A stretch of DNA of 62,306 bases, the filler included, from Sphacelaria rigidula (lineage: Eukaryota): assembly GCA_964200075.2 (NCBI GenBank). It is 3 parts of 3 records of this genome, joined end to end, with 100 filler letters (N's around TTAATTAATTAA, not from the genome) between each part and the next. Parts side by side here need not be neighbours in the genome. Positions count along the whole stretch, not along the records: positions 20,821 to 41,537 come from CAXNAA020000500.1; positions 41,638 to 62,306 come from CAXNAA020000502.1; 1 more part is not named here. One strand, given 5' to 3'. Shown piece by piece: positions 38,401 to 51,110 of the stretch. The notes below the pieces were generated by a model, which was given only the letters and a program-made list of their open reading frames with translations, searched no databases and was not told the origin of the DNA. The number at the start of each line of letters is the position of its first letter. Position 1 is the stretch's first letter. Made by a program: the position numbers and the translations under genes.

Positions 38401-40595
38401 CCATGGGCACGGATGGATCGATTGACCCCGAAAAACAATTGTTCCGCACCAACTTCATCGGCGTGGACAAGGGGCCGTACATGTCTCAGGTGCAGAGTTT
38501 CGGCGTTGGTGGGAGGGGCAGGGGTGACAGTACTGGGCTGATGGTTTCCCAGGCGTGGTGTGTACATCCCGCCCTAGTTTCGGGTGGCTAATACGACATG
38601 CTGTTGGTGTTGATAAATACCTGCGCGATGTCCGGCGCACGAAAGGGAAGGCCAGGCGTTTAGATTCGTTATCCTCGAATGCTGCGGTAGCAGTTACCCT
38701 ACAGAAACGTGTCGACTGTGCGCTTGCACCTCGCAGGATCGAGCTGGTGCTGGTGGAACAGCGAAATATCCTACCACTTGAATCCTCATGCACATCTTCC
38801 GTTTGTCATATACGTTTCCGTCATACTACGGCTACTCTAACTCACGGTGATCGTGTGATTCCTTCCGTTTTCCCGCCATAATGTCTTATGTGTGGGAAAT
38901 ATTGCTGGTACGCTTGCGGCACAACGTTGCATGTGTTTTGTTTGATACCCGACTACCATAGCAGTTTGTCAGTGCACACTTCAGATAGCCTTCCCCACTA
39001 GTTTCTTCATGTACGAAGCAAACGGTGTTCGTACCCTTCGTGTGTTGCTCATGATTTTACTGTTTTTCTGGACAAAACTTGATTCCATTTCTTTCCCCAT
39101 CCGCTTTTGTTCATTGCGTTTTTTTTTGCAGCTTCTGGTGACCGACTTTACGTTCGACTCCATCGACGTGAACGTGAAGCAGACCACCAACATAGCAGGG
39201 GAGGACTTCATGACGGACTGGGACAACTGGCTTAATATACAGGTACATGATATATCTGATTCCCGGGATAAGTTGGCTTCATGGAAAGATATCATGAAGT
39301 AATCCCGTACATGACATTTTTTCTTCAAGTCCAACACATTTTCCTCCATGTGCACACCAACTTTCTCGGCAGAGTCGGTGTATCACATCATTAACATGAT
39401 CAGTGTTCCATTTATGCTCGTTTGCTCTCACATTCGATTGGGCTGGGGGTGGGGTAATGGTGACAGAACGGCGGTCAACCGTTGCAAGAGGTGACTGAAG
39501 ACCCCGTTAAGCGTTACATCCGCAACGGCCGCGATCTGTCCAGGCTGGTCTACACCGATACTATCTACTCGTGAGTTTTACTCCTTGTCGTTTTTTCTCG
39601 CACGCCGACTTCACATTTTTGTCGTCCTCCAGCTAGTATCACCTCCTACAAGTCCGCCCGGCTGACGTCTAGCAAACCTAAACACACACAAACAAGCAGC
39701 AATTTGCGACTTCCAACCCTTCTACTGCGCAGTTGTTGGAGTCTTCAATGCGAAAGTGTCGTCTATTGAACAGGCATGTGAAACTCGCATTGACATACTG
39801 ATGGACTCCAACGGACCGACGCCTTGTCTTCGATTATTGTTGTTGTTGCTGTCATGTACTTCAATCCCTTACCTCAACACAGCACGAGGCGGCAATCTAG
39901 GGAGGGCAACGCATCACTCCCCTAGTACGCCCCTGAGCGACCGGTTTTGCGTGCGTATGAACGACTGCATACGTGCGTTCATGTATGGTTAGATGGCCGT
40001 GGTCCAATGCGCTTCTGAAGATACGTCGATTCCGCGGTTATTTTCTTTCCCGCATACGCACAATTTCAACGGTATATAATAACTTGTTCGCTTTTTTCGT
40101 CAATAATGTGATAAAAACACACATGGACGCGAGCCCTTCAATATAGAAGAATGTAGTATAAAAGAAAGAGTTGATGGGCTGTGCGAGCGCTGATCCGCTG
40201 TTTGATACGTTGCCGGGCAAGTAGTCTACTGGGAGGGAAATTGGGTCCATCTCTTTTGGCGAGGGTTCACAGTTGTCCTGAAGACGAGGTGGGGTGAAAG
40301 CACGATGGGAGAGAAAGATACAAAGCAAGCAAACGAATTAATACACTGTATACTTATGATCGTAATGTCGTTTGCTCGATTTCCAAGCCTTCACGGTATG
40401 CCATTATTTTGCTGCTTTCATTATTGACATCCACAGGGAGGCATTCCGTAGCGCGTTCGTGCTCATGGCCAAAGGTGGAGTTGCCCGGTCTGGAGCTAAC
40501 GGTCCGTACTCGATGAGCACCCGCCAGGGGGGCTTCCCGGACTGGGGCGTCTCGTATCTCATGAAAACGCTGGGCAGGGGGGAGGCGGCCCAGAG
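35174..40595 (+). CDS. vBPO: Vanadium-dependent haloperoxidase (bromo-/iodoperoxidase), secreted; nine exons, catalytic C-terminal half not found
   Basis: The spliced product (about 393 aa) follows the brown algal vBPO/vIPO pattern: AKFHKTLSHNDLGEVD, LVNPLGG, IPPAPT, AECYWMSLTRDVPF, QLFRTNFIGV.KGPYMSQ, WLNIQNGG, RYIRNGRDL, RQGGF, AAQR. All junctions are GT-AG and in phase. Confidence 0.92.
35731..35886 (+). CDS. vHPO exon 2
   Basis: AKFHKTLSHNDLGE; tacag| and |gtaact. Confidence 0.9.
36395..36537 (+). CDS. vHPO exon 3
   Basis: VDAANYAMLEDCI...LVNPLGGIAVD; |gtaagt. Confidence 0.9.
36911..36959 (+). CDS. vHPO exon 4
   Basis: SATSIPPAPTISSPEM; |gtgagc. Confidence 0.88.
37660..37753 (+). CDS. 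vHPO exon 5
   Basis: AAHMAECYWMSLTRDVPFAEYG. Confidence 0.9.
38353..38489 (+). CDS. vHPO exon 6
   Basis: NLAAMEGFP...QLFRTNFIGVDKGPYMSQ. Confidence 0.9.
39132..39242 (+). CDS. vHPO exon 7
   Basis: LLVTDFTFDSI...WLNIQ. Confidence 0.9.
39467..39570 (+). CDS. vHPO exon 8
   Basis: NGGQP...RYIRNGRDLSRLVYTDTIY; |gtgagt. Confidence 0.9.
40437..40595 (+). CDS. vHPO exon 9
   Basis: EAFRSAFVL...NGPY...RQGGF...AAQR; donor |gtacac is tentative. Confidence 0.85.
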
Positions 40596-41537
40596 GTACA
40601 CATCGTATTATAAGTACTGCACCTCCATGTGAAGAACACATGTAAGGTGGACGAAAGTGTTACATTTGTTGTCTCAATGCAAGCACATGGAAGTTATGGG
40701 GGATCTGGCCTCATTCCTCGCGATAAATGGTAGTTCCTTCCACATCATTATTATCTCGGTGCTGTCGTGGCAGCTCGTGATGCTGCCATAAGCTCAAGAT
40801 ATTTTAGTTGCAATTTCCGTGGAGATGCCGTCGCATCCGATATGTTGGACGATTCACGACGAGTTCACCGTCAATCAGGGTGGCGGGAAGACCCCATGTA
40901 TCCCCTGTCAGGCAGTGTCGCCGTCGTCATTGTCTGGCGACTTTACGCAAACCCGCAGCCGCCGTATGTGTTGCATGTGTACGGCGGCAGTATAATGCAG
41001 CTTGAAACCCAAGGCACAAGCTTTGCAGGCAAGTGTACAACCGTCAGGCTGCTACAACTTGTAGATGCCGTGTGACCTGCTCAGTATCCAAATATTAGAC
41101 GAGGTTCACGTGACTAGGTTCTTCACTTCTCTCTTGATTATCTTGATTCTAACTCCAGGACCCACTCAATCAGTCAAATTCAAACCAATGCGTCTCACCG
41201 ACAGTTAGACTTCTTTTGCTGGAGGGCAATAGAGGAGCAGTTGATAGTGCTATAGGGTGGGCGAGCTATATCGGTCCCAGCCGATCTGTTTCGCCATCTT
41301 TTACCAATATACACATCCGAACCCGACCAACTCTGACCAGACCTGCAATCTTGTCTACTGGGATTCCCAATATTACCGAAAGCCAGACTTCGACAACGGA
41401 TCTGAAGCGGCATGACAACAGGCTAGTATGCATCTTCATGACAATAACCCCCCCCCCCAATGGTCAAACGACTAAGGCAAGCAACAAACGAGTACGCCCC
41501 CCCCCCCCCTCCACCTGGCTCCTTTGTTTAGTGTATA

Positions 41538-41637
41538 NNNNNNNNNNNNNNNNNNNNNNNNNNNNNNNNNNNNNNNNNNNNTTAATTAATTAANNNNNNN
41601 NNNNNNNNNNNNNNNNNNNNNNNNNNNNNNNNNNNNN
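41538..41637. other. Scaffolding linker N44-TTAATTAATTAA-N44
   Basis: Same artificial spacer as at 20721. Confidence 0.97.
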
Positions 41638-43415
41638 GGGGCCGCAGCTGGAAGCAGTTTGGCCCGCAGACGGAAGGAGACAACTCGAAGCGCACAGCAG
41701 TAGAGGACGCTACGTGGGCTGGAGGATGCACGAGTCAGGCAAGAGTCTCTCCGTGAAGTGTTTCTATCCTAGACGACATGGCTCGAGCGGCGGCAGCGCC
41801 GCTGGTGTTACGTGGGCCGCTAGACCCGCCAAAGTATGGCGAGGTCTGGACCGAGGAAGCATCAAGAGATATTTTGCGCCGCATATCTCGACTACATAAA
41901 GAGGTTGTACCTTGCAAATGCTCAAGGAGTTGTACGGCGTACTGGGGTGAGCATAGGTCAACTCACCCCTACATACGTTCATCGGTGCATTTAAGGCATG
42001 TACAAGGACCGCCGGGCTATGACCCCCGACGAATTGCTAGATGCTGTGAAGCAGCATGCCGGGTACACACCACAACCTGCGGCAAGCATGACACTGCGCG
42101 GGCTGCAGCAGACCCGCGTAGAGTTCTTACAATGCAGCAAAGCGGTGGAACATCCGGCAAGGGTAGAGCTATGATGGGTAATCCATCGATGGAGACGTTT
42201 TTTGCTGGAAACCTCACGGTGCAAGCCATGTACCGTGCGGAGGACAGGAGCTGGTTGCCAGGCCCGACCGAGTCGGTTTCCACAGCTTTGGTAGACGGGG
42301 TTTCGCCTCCGGAACTCAAGGCGAATGTTAGAAGCGCACTCACGTATGTTGACGGCTGGAAGAAGAATCCAACGGTAGGGTTCAACAAAATATTTGATGC
42401 CGCCGACCGCTGGAAGTTCATCGAGGCGCATGGCCGGCGCGACTCTGCGGCAAATGCAGGTGGCGCGCGCCGCAAACAACAACACAAAGCACAGTAACAC
42501 CAACAGCAACAGCAAAAGCGACAGAAACAGAAACAGCAGCCGTCTTCACGAGCGTCTTCCACTCGCGCGAGTTACGACAGCGACGACAACGGACCCCTGC
42601 TTAAGGATTGCCCCAAGCCTCCCGCTCAAGGCGCTGTTCAAGGAAATGCGCGAGGTTCATCAGGATCTCGCGGCGGTCGTAACGGTGGACGGGGCGGCGC
42701 CAACCGTGGACGCGGGCGCGGCGGCCGCGGCGATCGGCAGCGAGCGGTGGTTCCTCCGCTGCTGTTTCTTCCACTACGTCATCAGGTGGTGACTCTGGAT
42801 CTTCTGGTTCGTACGTGTCGGGGCGGACAGGGTACGGGGGAAATGCAAATACTCCGGTGGGGAGTGCTGGAGCGAATAGTTCGCAACCCCTCGGCCAGGC
42901 AGGATCCGTGTCTGGTGCATCTCCTACTTCTGCGACGGCTGTAACAGCGCCGTCTGCATATTCGGCGACGTGGTCTGGGTGAACCGCCGATTCTCAATTA
43001 TCGATGCCCAGTACTGGACCGCAGCCCTGGCATCAGGTGACTCTCGGTACCGACCAGGGCTCACCGGCAGGTGTGGTGCCTATCGACCACAATGTAGAGT
43101 GTTTACGCGCAGATCTCTCCTCACCTGGTTCCGTAGGTTCGTTCATGGCCCGCGTTATTGTGGATTCTGGGTCCGCGCTCACGCCGATGGGTGCGGTGCT
43201 GCTAGAACAAAAGTCTCCGCAGTTTGGCGGCGCTCAGCTGCAGATTCCGTTCGGAAATGGACCGCAAACGGCACAGACCGCCACGGGTGCTCCCGTGACG
43301 GTTACACACAAAACGGTGCCGATTGCTGTCAGCGTGCGTACACCGTGGGGGGCTGTGGAGTTGCAGCCCATCACGTTCGCTGTCATGCCCGGCAGGGACA
43401 ACGTGGTACACCTTT
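41638..43415 (+). mobile_element. Ty3/gypsy fragment A: gag, decayed knuckle, aspartic protease
   Basis: GPLDPPKYG, PPELKANV...GWKKNP, LLKDCPK, IVDSGS, RTPWGAVELQP; homologous to elements B-D. Confidence 0.75.
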
Positions 43416-46400
43416 GCCTATTGAAAATCGAAATTTCCTTGCTTAAACACTTTACACCTGTTACAATGAACGACTGCTTTCCAAGCAAACAATCCGTCAT
43501 TTCCGGACTTCCTCTGGGGTCTAATCCTAGCGCTGGGATTGTCTCAAATCCCATCTGACGGGGAGGATTCCAGCGCTTTCCGTCGCTGCATCAGATCCCG
43601 TTTGGGACCGTCAGAAGGGATATTCAAACTACAGCTGCCGCGGGTTCTAAATTCAAAAGAAACGGCTCGGAGTTTTCAAGCGCGTTGCACTACAGTAGAC
43701 TAAGTTTTGTTCAACAGCCCACCGCGAAACCGATTCTCAACACAGCCACGGCGGGGGTGGCCATACAAGGCGTGATAGCTGGTTCAGACTGGATGAAGCG
43801 CCTCGCATGGGCACTCCTGGCGAAACAACCCCAGGCGTGGGACTAACCCTTACCCACGTTGTGTGTGTCTGCAGCTTTATTGCGGGGCACCCATTTGATC
43901 CAACTGACCACTGCACTGTAGTGATACTGTACTCTGGTGATGGTGTATCTCAACAGACTGCTCAATGATGCTGCGTTTCGAAGGTCGTTGGCGTCTGCCG
44001 CCGCATTGGATCGTGTCGCTGACGGCGGTCCTCGCCGGCTCAACAGTATGAAGTCTTTCTCAAATACTCAACAAGAGGCGCTCGAAAACTCGAAGGCTAG
44101 TCCAAAGAAGTATGTTTTCAGCATGCTTTGTTACGTGTTCCGTAGCGCTCAGACGCAGGGGTTGCTCAAAAGATGCGGCAGAATGAATGACGGCGTCTTT
44201 TCTGTTGAACTGCTCACCATCATGCTTTCGCTGCCGTGCAGAACCTTCTGCATTAGGGGCACATGGTCGAAAGCGGTTGCGAATCCCGAGCCTTTTGAAC
44301 AATGTAAATGAAATTTCGATGGTCCGTTGAACCTGAAACATATGTTGAACATCAAATACGAATCCAGGCTGTCACCTCCTCTGCATACATAATATGTCAA
44401 GCATCCATGTTCATGCTCCAGGGTATCCAATGGCCCAACGTCATGTAACTCGTTCCCAAACCACTGTATCAAGATACAGCGTATCATGCACCTGCTCGTG
44501 TATTGGAGGTGGTGTACTCTTCAGCACCCCCGAAGCTCCACACCACTCAGAGTAGGAAGCGAGCTTGGCAAACAGGAGCTACCGACGATCACGTTTACGC
44601 TACCTTCCCGTCTGTTAGTGACACACGACCATGCAACGCCATGCTCCACAAAAGACACGGATAATTGGCACAGCCCTGAACATCGACAATGTGAAGTACA
44701 AAATCTAATCCAACTCGGTGAATTCAGTAGTTCATGCAATCGCCAGTCATGGCATAGTCACACACACAAAGCAAACGCGCCAAGCACAATACCATCTGAA
44801 TCAGAAGCGGTCGACAATATCATGGAATCTACATTCGGAGCTTGATACCGTATTTTGCCGTATCCTTCTACTTCGTCCCGACTCACGCCGCTCAGATGTT
44901 ACGAACTGCGGAGCTCCTTCAGAAAACGTTTCTAGCGGCTTCCACGACTTTTCATCCTGGCCAAAACGTAATTCACCCTACTCGTACATAGAATCCGTCT
45001 CCTGCCTCGTCTTCAGATACACCGAGGATAGTCGCTATCTCAACCCTCCTTGAGCAAAGGCATGCTGGAGCACCTTTTCCAGTCGCCCCCAGTTGACGGT
45101 GCCAGGGTAGAGAAGCTCGTGCGCGGTGCCCGCCAAAAACGTTACATACACGGTATGGCGTGCTGGCATGGTGCTCTCGGAAAGCGGTGTTCAATGCCTC
45201 CTGCACGGCAGGCATCAACCCCCTCCCAGTCATGACCATCGCGTCTTTCCTCCCGCAGCATGGCCTTCAAGGTACGAACAACCTCACGCACCATTCGCTC
45301 ACAAATACCACTAGACCATGGCGAGTTGGCCACCGCGAATCTTCGATCCAGCTTTAGCGTCTTCTCGAGCGCTCTCATCACGAGATTATTGAAATGCGAT
45401 GCAACATCGCTGACCCATCCTCCCGGCGGCCCCAGAATGTTTGCACCACGTTATTGGATACTTCACCGTCGTCGCTGCCGTACATGACCCCGCCGGCTCA
45501 AACCACACGAAGTTGCTCAGGTCGACCACCATCGCCGACACACACTTGGAACCATCCCTTTAATCTAATCCATGCTCTCCCAGGGGGCCACTCTCTCCAA
45601 CTCAGAGCAAATCAAAATGCGTCGCCTCCCTTGAGCGATCGATTACCCTGCACCGTCTTCCCAAGGTGGCGGGGAGCTTGCTTTCCCACCTTGTAGTCAC
45701 TCACGCGTCGGAAACCGCCCCTCTCGGACGTTACGACCGCCGCTCTCCCCCGCACTGCCTGCAAACTGCAGTACACGAGCCCGAGCGCCAGCGATGTGGC
45801 CATGCATCGCGCCAACCGCGCCATCCTGACCGGAGAGTATGGCCGCGGGCTAGCCTCAACCACCGCAGCACCAGGTTCGAACTTCACCTTTGAGGGCTCG
45901 ACACGAGCAGAGGCATCACCACGCAGCGCTCGACGAAGAACGTTCGCAGTGCTTCCTTCAAGATCGCAAAGCTAGCTCACGCCGCTCCCCGACATGCCGT
46001 TTCTCGCGGCGGCCTGCACCGTCTGCTCCAGCGCGACACCACGCTCAGCAAACTCCTGTTTCGGGGATATCCTCATCTCCGGACCTCTCGACACCAGCCG
46101 CTCGACCGAGGAACAGGCGGGCTCCTGCCGATCACCTGCCTGCTGTAACGCCTCGACCGGGGTATTGATACGCCGAAAATCTTTGGAATCAGGCGTGTCC
46201 ACGCCACGCTCCGAAGTGTTCACTGGCGTCTAAGCTGCTGTAAACGACGATGCCCGGCGCCTCCCAGCAAAGGACTCCCCATAGTTATTACATCATCTGT
46301 ACCCGGCGTGAGCGCATGTGAAGATGTGTCCAACACAACCAGTTTTCAGCTGGTGTGCAAAGCGGTTCGGACAACACAATTTTTCTGCTTCGCGTGCGCA

Positions 46401-46834
46401 CCGTTTCACCAGCCATCGATGTGACCACTCGAACATCCAGAGCCATAGCTTACAACGTCGCCGCTACACCCTCTGACATGGTTGAAATGCCGGATCCCGA
46501 GTCCAGAATGGCCGTGACCGGACAAACACTCTTTTCCCCTTCACTCGGTACAGAGAAGTCAGCGAGACGCCGCCTGCCCTTGTTATCCACAACCAGACCT
46601 ACAAGAAAACTCTGGCACCTCACCAGGTTCTAGCGTTCTCCACGCCTGTACTGTCAGATTTCCAGGCCGGGACTGTTTCCGCCGGCGTGTTCCGCTGCAC
46701 GCCACCAGTGGAAACGACAGGTTCGGGCGGCATCATCTCTTCAACGCTGGGAGTACCCTCTCCATCGCCTGAAATCACAACCCTTGCAGGGGCGGGATCC
46801 TTGCCCCCTACGCAAGGCACCTGTCCTGGATACT

Positions 46835-46880
46835 GCGACTGCTGCTGCGACTGCTGCTGCTGCTGCTGCTGCTGCTGCAG
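46835..46880. repeat. (CTG)n tract, poly-Q in gag of element B
   Basis: Seen directly; an equivalent shorter tract is in element C near 59440. Confidence 0.85.
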
Positions 46881-47587
46881 CGTCTCGCTGGCCTTCGTCT
46901 GCCCACCTGCAGGGTGTTCTAGAGTAGCAGCTTGGCCTAGCTTCTTACGATCCCTCCGGGATGGCCCGTATCTCCACATTCGAAACAAGCCACATAGCTC
47001 GGATCCGGTTCCCGAGATTTTCCGGAGCCGGCAGCCCCACTGCCCGTGGTCGTCGTCTCTCCACTCGACAGTTGTCGCTCGGATCCAGAGGGCCCGCTGC
47101 CGCTCTTCTGTTCCAGCTGCGGCGGGTGACGGCGCTACTTTTCAACCGCTTCGACCGTCTTCCACCCGTCCGCTGATTCCCAAGCCGTGTCATGCAGCAG
47201 CCCGGGGTTTGCTTTCCATCCCCCCGCGCCTTTCATGCGAAGCATGTTTTCAACGTTGGTCCCAAGTTCTGGGGGAGTCATCCCGGCGAGCAATTCCCGC
47301 GTAATAATTTGAGCGGGTCCTGCTTTGAAGGTGCGAACGTCGCGGAACGCGCGTGCAACGCTCGCGATCTCGGCAGAATACTCTTCGAGGGCACACCACT
47401 GCCCTTCGATTCTACCAACGGTGGTCGATCCGTTGCATGCGGCCAACGTCCTTTGCACGCCGGCTGCAGCGACCGAACGATCGATCGCTGTATCATCCCA
47501 ACACTTTGCTTGTCGAGAGCCGATCCGTCAAAAATGGTCTGGGACAGACATGTGCGAATATGCTTTGAAGCTCCATGACAGTGAAGG

Positions 47588-47821
47588 ATACTTTATACGA
47601 TAGCCCCCCCCCAAAAACGTGCACGATTCCGGTGGGCAAAATCTTGACGTGAATCGAAATGGGAAAGGCCGAGCTCATCGAGAAGCTGGGAATTCCCACG
47701 CTTGGGTTNNNNNNNNNNTCTAGGCGCTTCATGCAGCCTGAACGCGAACATCAGGCGCTGTATGGCCATTTTTTCGTGACACTTTTAGCTGGTTTTGGTG
47801 GGGGGCTATCGTAGAAAGGGT
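47588..47821. mobile_element. MITE with GATAGCCCCCC TIR (6-bp TSD family), inserted in gag of element B
   Basis: TIR CTTT.TACGATAGCCCCCC; flanks TGAAGG/CGAAGA; contains a 10-N gap. Confidence 0.65.
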
Positions 47822-49509
47822 CGAAGAGGGCGTCCTGCACACTGACCGTCCCTTGCTGCGGTTTTCTAGAGCTTCCTTGTCCTTTTATGTGTTGGAAAAA
47901 TGTAGACGATGTAGTCTATATTCATTATGTTTGAATGAAGTTGTTGAAACAAAAGATAGCGGTACAATCTGTTGCGTTTCAACGAAACAACGAACCACGT
48001 AAGACCGTTTCATTCGTATCCTTTTCACGGGGAATATCTCTTTTGTGTTGATTTATAGCATACCTGTGTGAATGACGTTTCAGGCAGGATACTGCTACAG
48101 TAGGCGTGTTGCCATGATTTGTCAATGAAAGGTACTCTAGCAGAGTATTTAGGCCACGTAAGCTACAGGATATCTTGTGTGCAACTTTGCAGTTAATCTA
48201 AGCTAGCAAGGCTACCGCGTCAGCAATAGCGAGGTTGAATCGAATGATACGATTAGACCTTACGTACGTGTAGAGTGTTGGATTCTTCTTCCAGGATTGA
48301 GCATGGTTGTAAGCGATGGTCTATCACCCTTGCAATTACTCTCCCAAGCTTACCAAGCTTACCCAGCTCTTCTTCATTTCCTCAGCACTCTGCTTTCAAA
48401 AGAGGCTGCTTTCATTTTGTTCGGCCGAAGTGAAGAGCCCCGAACACCATTTTTGTCTTTGGACTTTCTGTCTGCTGCAGAAGCAAGTGGTTTTGACTAC
48501 CACTGTGCAACCTCTGCTAACGTACTGTTTCTGCGACGGTAGTCGGTCTGTTTCGAGAACAGTGCCAAATGCCACCAGCCACAAATATTTCCAACATTAT
48601 GTACTTGTGGAAGAAACTTCTGGACGCATTCTCACTACAAAATCGCCCGCACTCTGGTGCTTTGGGTGATTCTCCGACCGTCAACTCAGGTAGACGAAAG
48701 CATCACCTCATCGCCTGCATCGCTTCCGCCACCTCTCCTGCGCGCCGCCGTCCTCTCAGAATGCCTCTCACGTGGCGCTTGCAGCCAACGTAGTCGTCCC
48801 TCTGTTGTTCAGCGCGCATCCTCGCTGTGTGCGGATCGTATACCTTGTATACGACGGGCCAGAGATTCTCCGCAGCTGAAGAGAACTTCATCCAGAAGAC
48901 AGCATGTTTCCTGCCGGAATCAGAACAAACCTGCAGAACTTCTCGAAGGACTTCCCTCACTACGGTTCGAAGATTTCAAGACAGACGCGCTTCACAAACA
49001 CACAGTCTTCGTTATCGGAAGTGACCAGGAGCAGCACCTCCTATATGCATACATCCTACATCAAGCATCCTGTGTCAAAATCCATAGTCATGCTCCAGAG
49101 TATCTAGTGACCCAATCTCATGCAACTCGTACTCAAACTGCTTTTATCGACAGACAGCGTATCGCGCACAGCACGGCGGTCGCATGATCGGGCGAAGCTG
49201 GCCAGAATTCAACGGACCGCCTCTTGACGAAGATATAAGCGCTGCAGGCGGGCGGGCGATTGATCTCTTGCCACCCAGGGGGTAGGTAAAAACCATATTC
49301 CAAGACCCATTGCCCCCCTCGACCGTTTTCTCCCCTTGCGGGCCATTTTGTATTCATCATGTTTCCCTGCTGAAACAAGGGTGCCCAGGAACAAATCCCA
49401 GACCCTGTGCCCCCTTTTCGAATCCTGGATTTTTTTCGGGGCGGGGGGTGAAAATAAAATGGTATAAAAAAAAACAGTATCAAACTTTGTTCCAACTCGC
49501 TGTTGGCTC

Positions 49510-51010
49510 CTCAGTAGTTCAGGTGCCGAGCTACAAAACATGACGTCGATCGCGATGAGTCAATGTGCCTTCGTCGTTCAATACATATCTGGAGGTATGT
49601 TTCACACGTCGGACGAGCACGAGTGTGACTCGTGGCACTCGCACTCGCTGGGCTGCTCGTCGGCCGTATAATCAATAGGGCGAGCACTCGAGTCATCGCT
49701 CGTTGTATATGAGTTCATGGGGTGACCACTCGAGTCATTGCTCGTTACGAAAGAAATTCACTTCTCCGGGACCGGGCCTCCAGGACGACCAATGAGGCTG
49801 GTTAGGAATGACGTGTCTGACGTCTGCACGAAACAGTGGCTTCATGTTGCTGAAAATCCGCGTATGTAACCGCAGGGTTATGAGGAAGACCGAAAGTTTC
49901 ATCCGATCTATTTTCAGGTGTGGGGTGCGCATTAGGTAATGTAAACCTGATGTAGCAACCAGTACGTATCGCCGTAGAGAGCTTTCAACAGGATGCGGCG
50001 ACCGGCGGGCCGCCCGCCACTTGTGGCGTTTGATGATATTGTTGTCCCCATCACCCTGCCACACAGCACTTTGTGGTCGGGGTGGGCCGCCATTTCCCTC
50101 TTTATTGCATGCGACGAATTCTCTTCGGAGGGTATGGGCGTTGCGGCGCACATGCATACAGTACAAGTATAGTACAGTGCAGTACGCCTCTCCGACTGCA
50201 GCAGCAGGTGCCGCTGCATACTCCCTTGCACGCCCTGGGCAGTTCTCAGCGACGGAGATCAGCTGCCTATACACAGCTTGTTCACCCCCCTCCACTACAT
50301 ACATGTTCACGGTGTTCTGCAAGTCATCGGCGGAGGGATGATAAGCAAAGTTTATGACGGTAGCTTCTTTTGTCTTTCCACGGCCCACCTGGGTTTCGTG
50401 CCTCGTGAAAATGACCACATTGTGGCATGTACACTCCTTCCCGGTTTTTCCCGCTCCACCCTGTGTTAGTGTACTTACTACGTTTTAGTATAGGCTGGCG
50501 ACCCCAAAAAGCTCTCTGGAAATCCCGGGAACGCTATGCTGAATGCAAGTGGCACGATAAACCGTGCTCCGAGCATGCTGGCTTTGGAAGCCTGGAAAGA
50601 CTTACCTGGGCCAGAAATAGGGCCTCCACATAATCTTTGCAGTGACACTACACTCGGCAATAGTCCCCGCGCTGGTCTTTCGGGTCTGGTCGATGAATTT
50701 CGCCTCGCAGTGTTCGGGCCGGTCGCTCCCTGACGTATTTGGTTAGTATTGCACTAACACATGGCCAACCCCGTGTGTTCGTAGGGGGGGTAGGTCCCAA
50801 AAGGGTTCATAGGACGAGCACTCGAGTCGTTGCTCGTTGTGGAAAACAATTTATGGTGCAAGCACTCGAGTCGTTGCTCGTTGCGGAAAAAACGAATGAC
50901 TCGTGCACACGAGTCATGCCCGTTGTGTTTTCAAAAAGCATCCACGAGTGCACTCGTTTCGACGAGTAATGCCTCGTCCGACGTGTGGTGTGCTTACCAC
51001 TTGGGCTACG
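49510..51010. mobile_element. Putative TIR element with CACTCGAGTC subterminal repeats
   Basis: CACACGTCGGACGAG near 49603 is inverted near 50972-50986; GCACTCGAGTC(G/A)TTGCTCGTT units occur at both ends. Confidence 0.5.
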
Positions 51011-51039
51011 CAGAAGTTTATCCGAAACATCTATTTTGA

Positions 51040-51110
51040 AATAACGCTAACCCTAACCCTAACCCCAACCCCAGGCATACCGAGAACTCTCGGGCGAGGG
51101 GGGGTTAAGC
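51040..51110 (+). repeat. Dispersed element with interstitial (CCCTAA)n, family 1
   Basis: CCCTAA tract followed by GGCATAC..AGAACT..CGGGC.AGGGG, as at 24810-24842 (reverse complement). Confidence 0.7.

Larger units (their letters stand above)
44370..49175 (-). mobile_element. Ty3/gypsy element B (gag-PR-IN-chromodomain, RT/RH deleted), old, with insertions
   Basis: Diverged LTRs at about 44370-44523 and 49032-49175; PPT CGGGGTGC; LDSG protease; SPWSSGICERM integrase. Confidence 0.8.

Noticed and set aside
43700-44340. Short ORFs between gypsy A and B
   Set aside because: No motif recognised in any frame.
46687-47304. Poly-Cys ORF
   Set aside because: Antisense reading of the gag poly-Q tract.
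49735-50418. 227-aa minus-strand ORF
   Set aside because: Lies inside a repeat element and has no recognisable domain.
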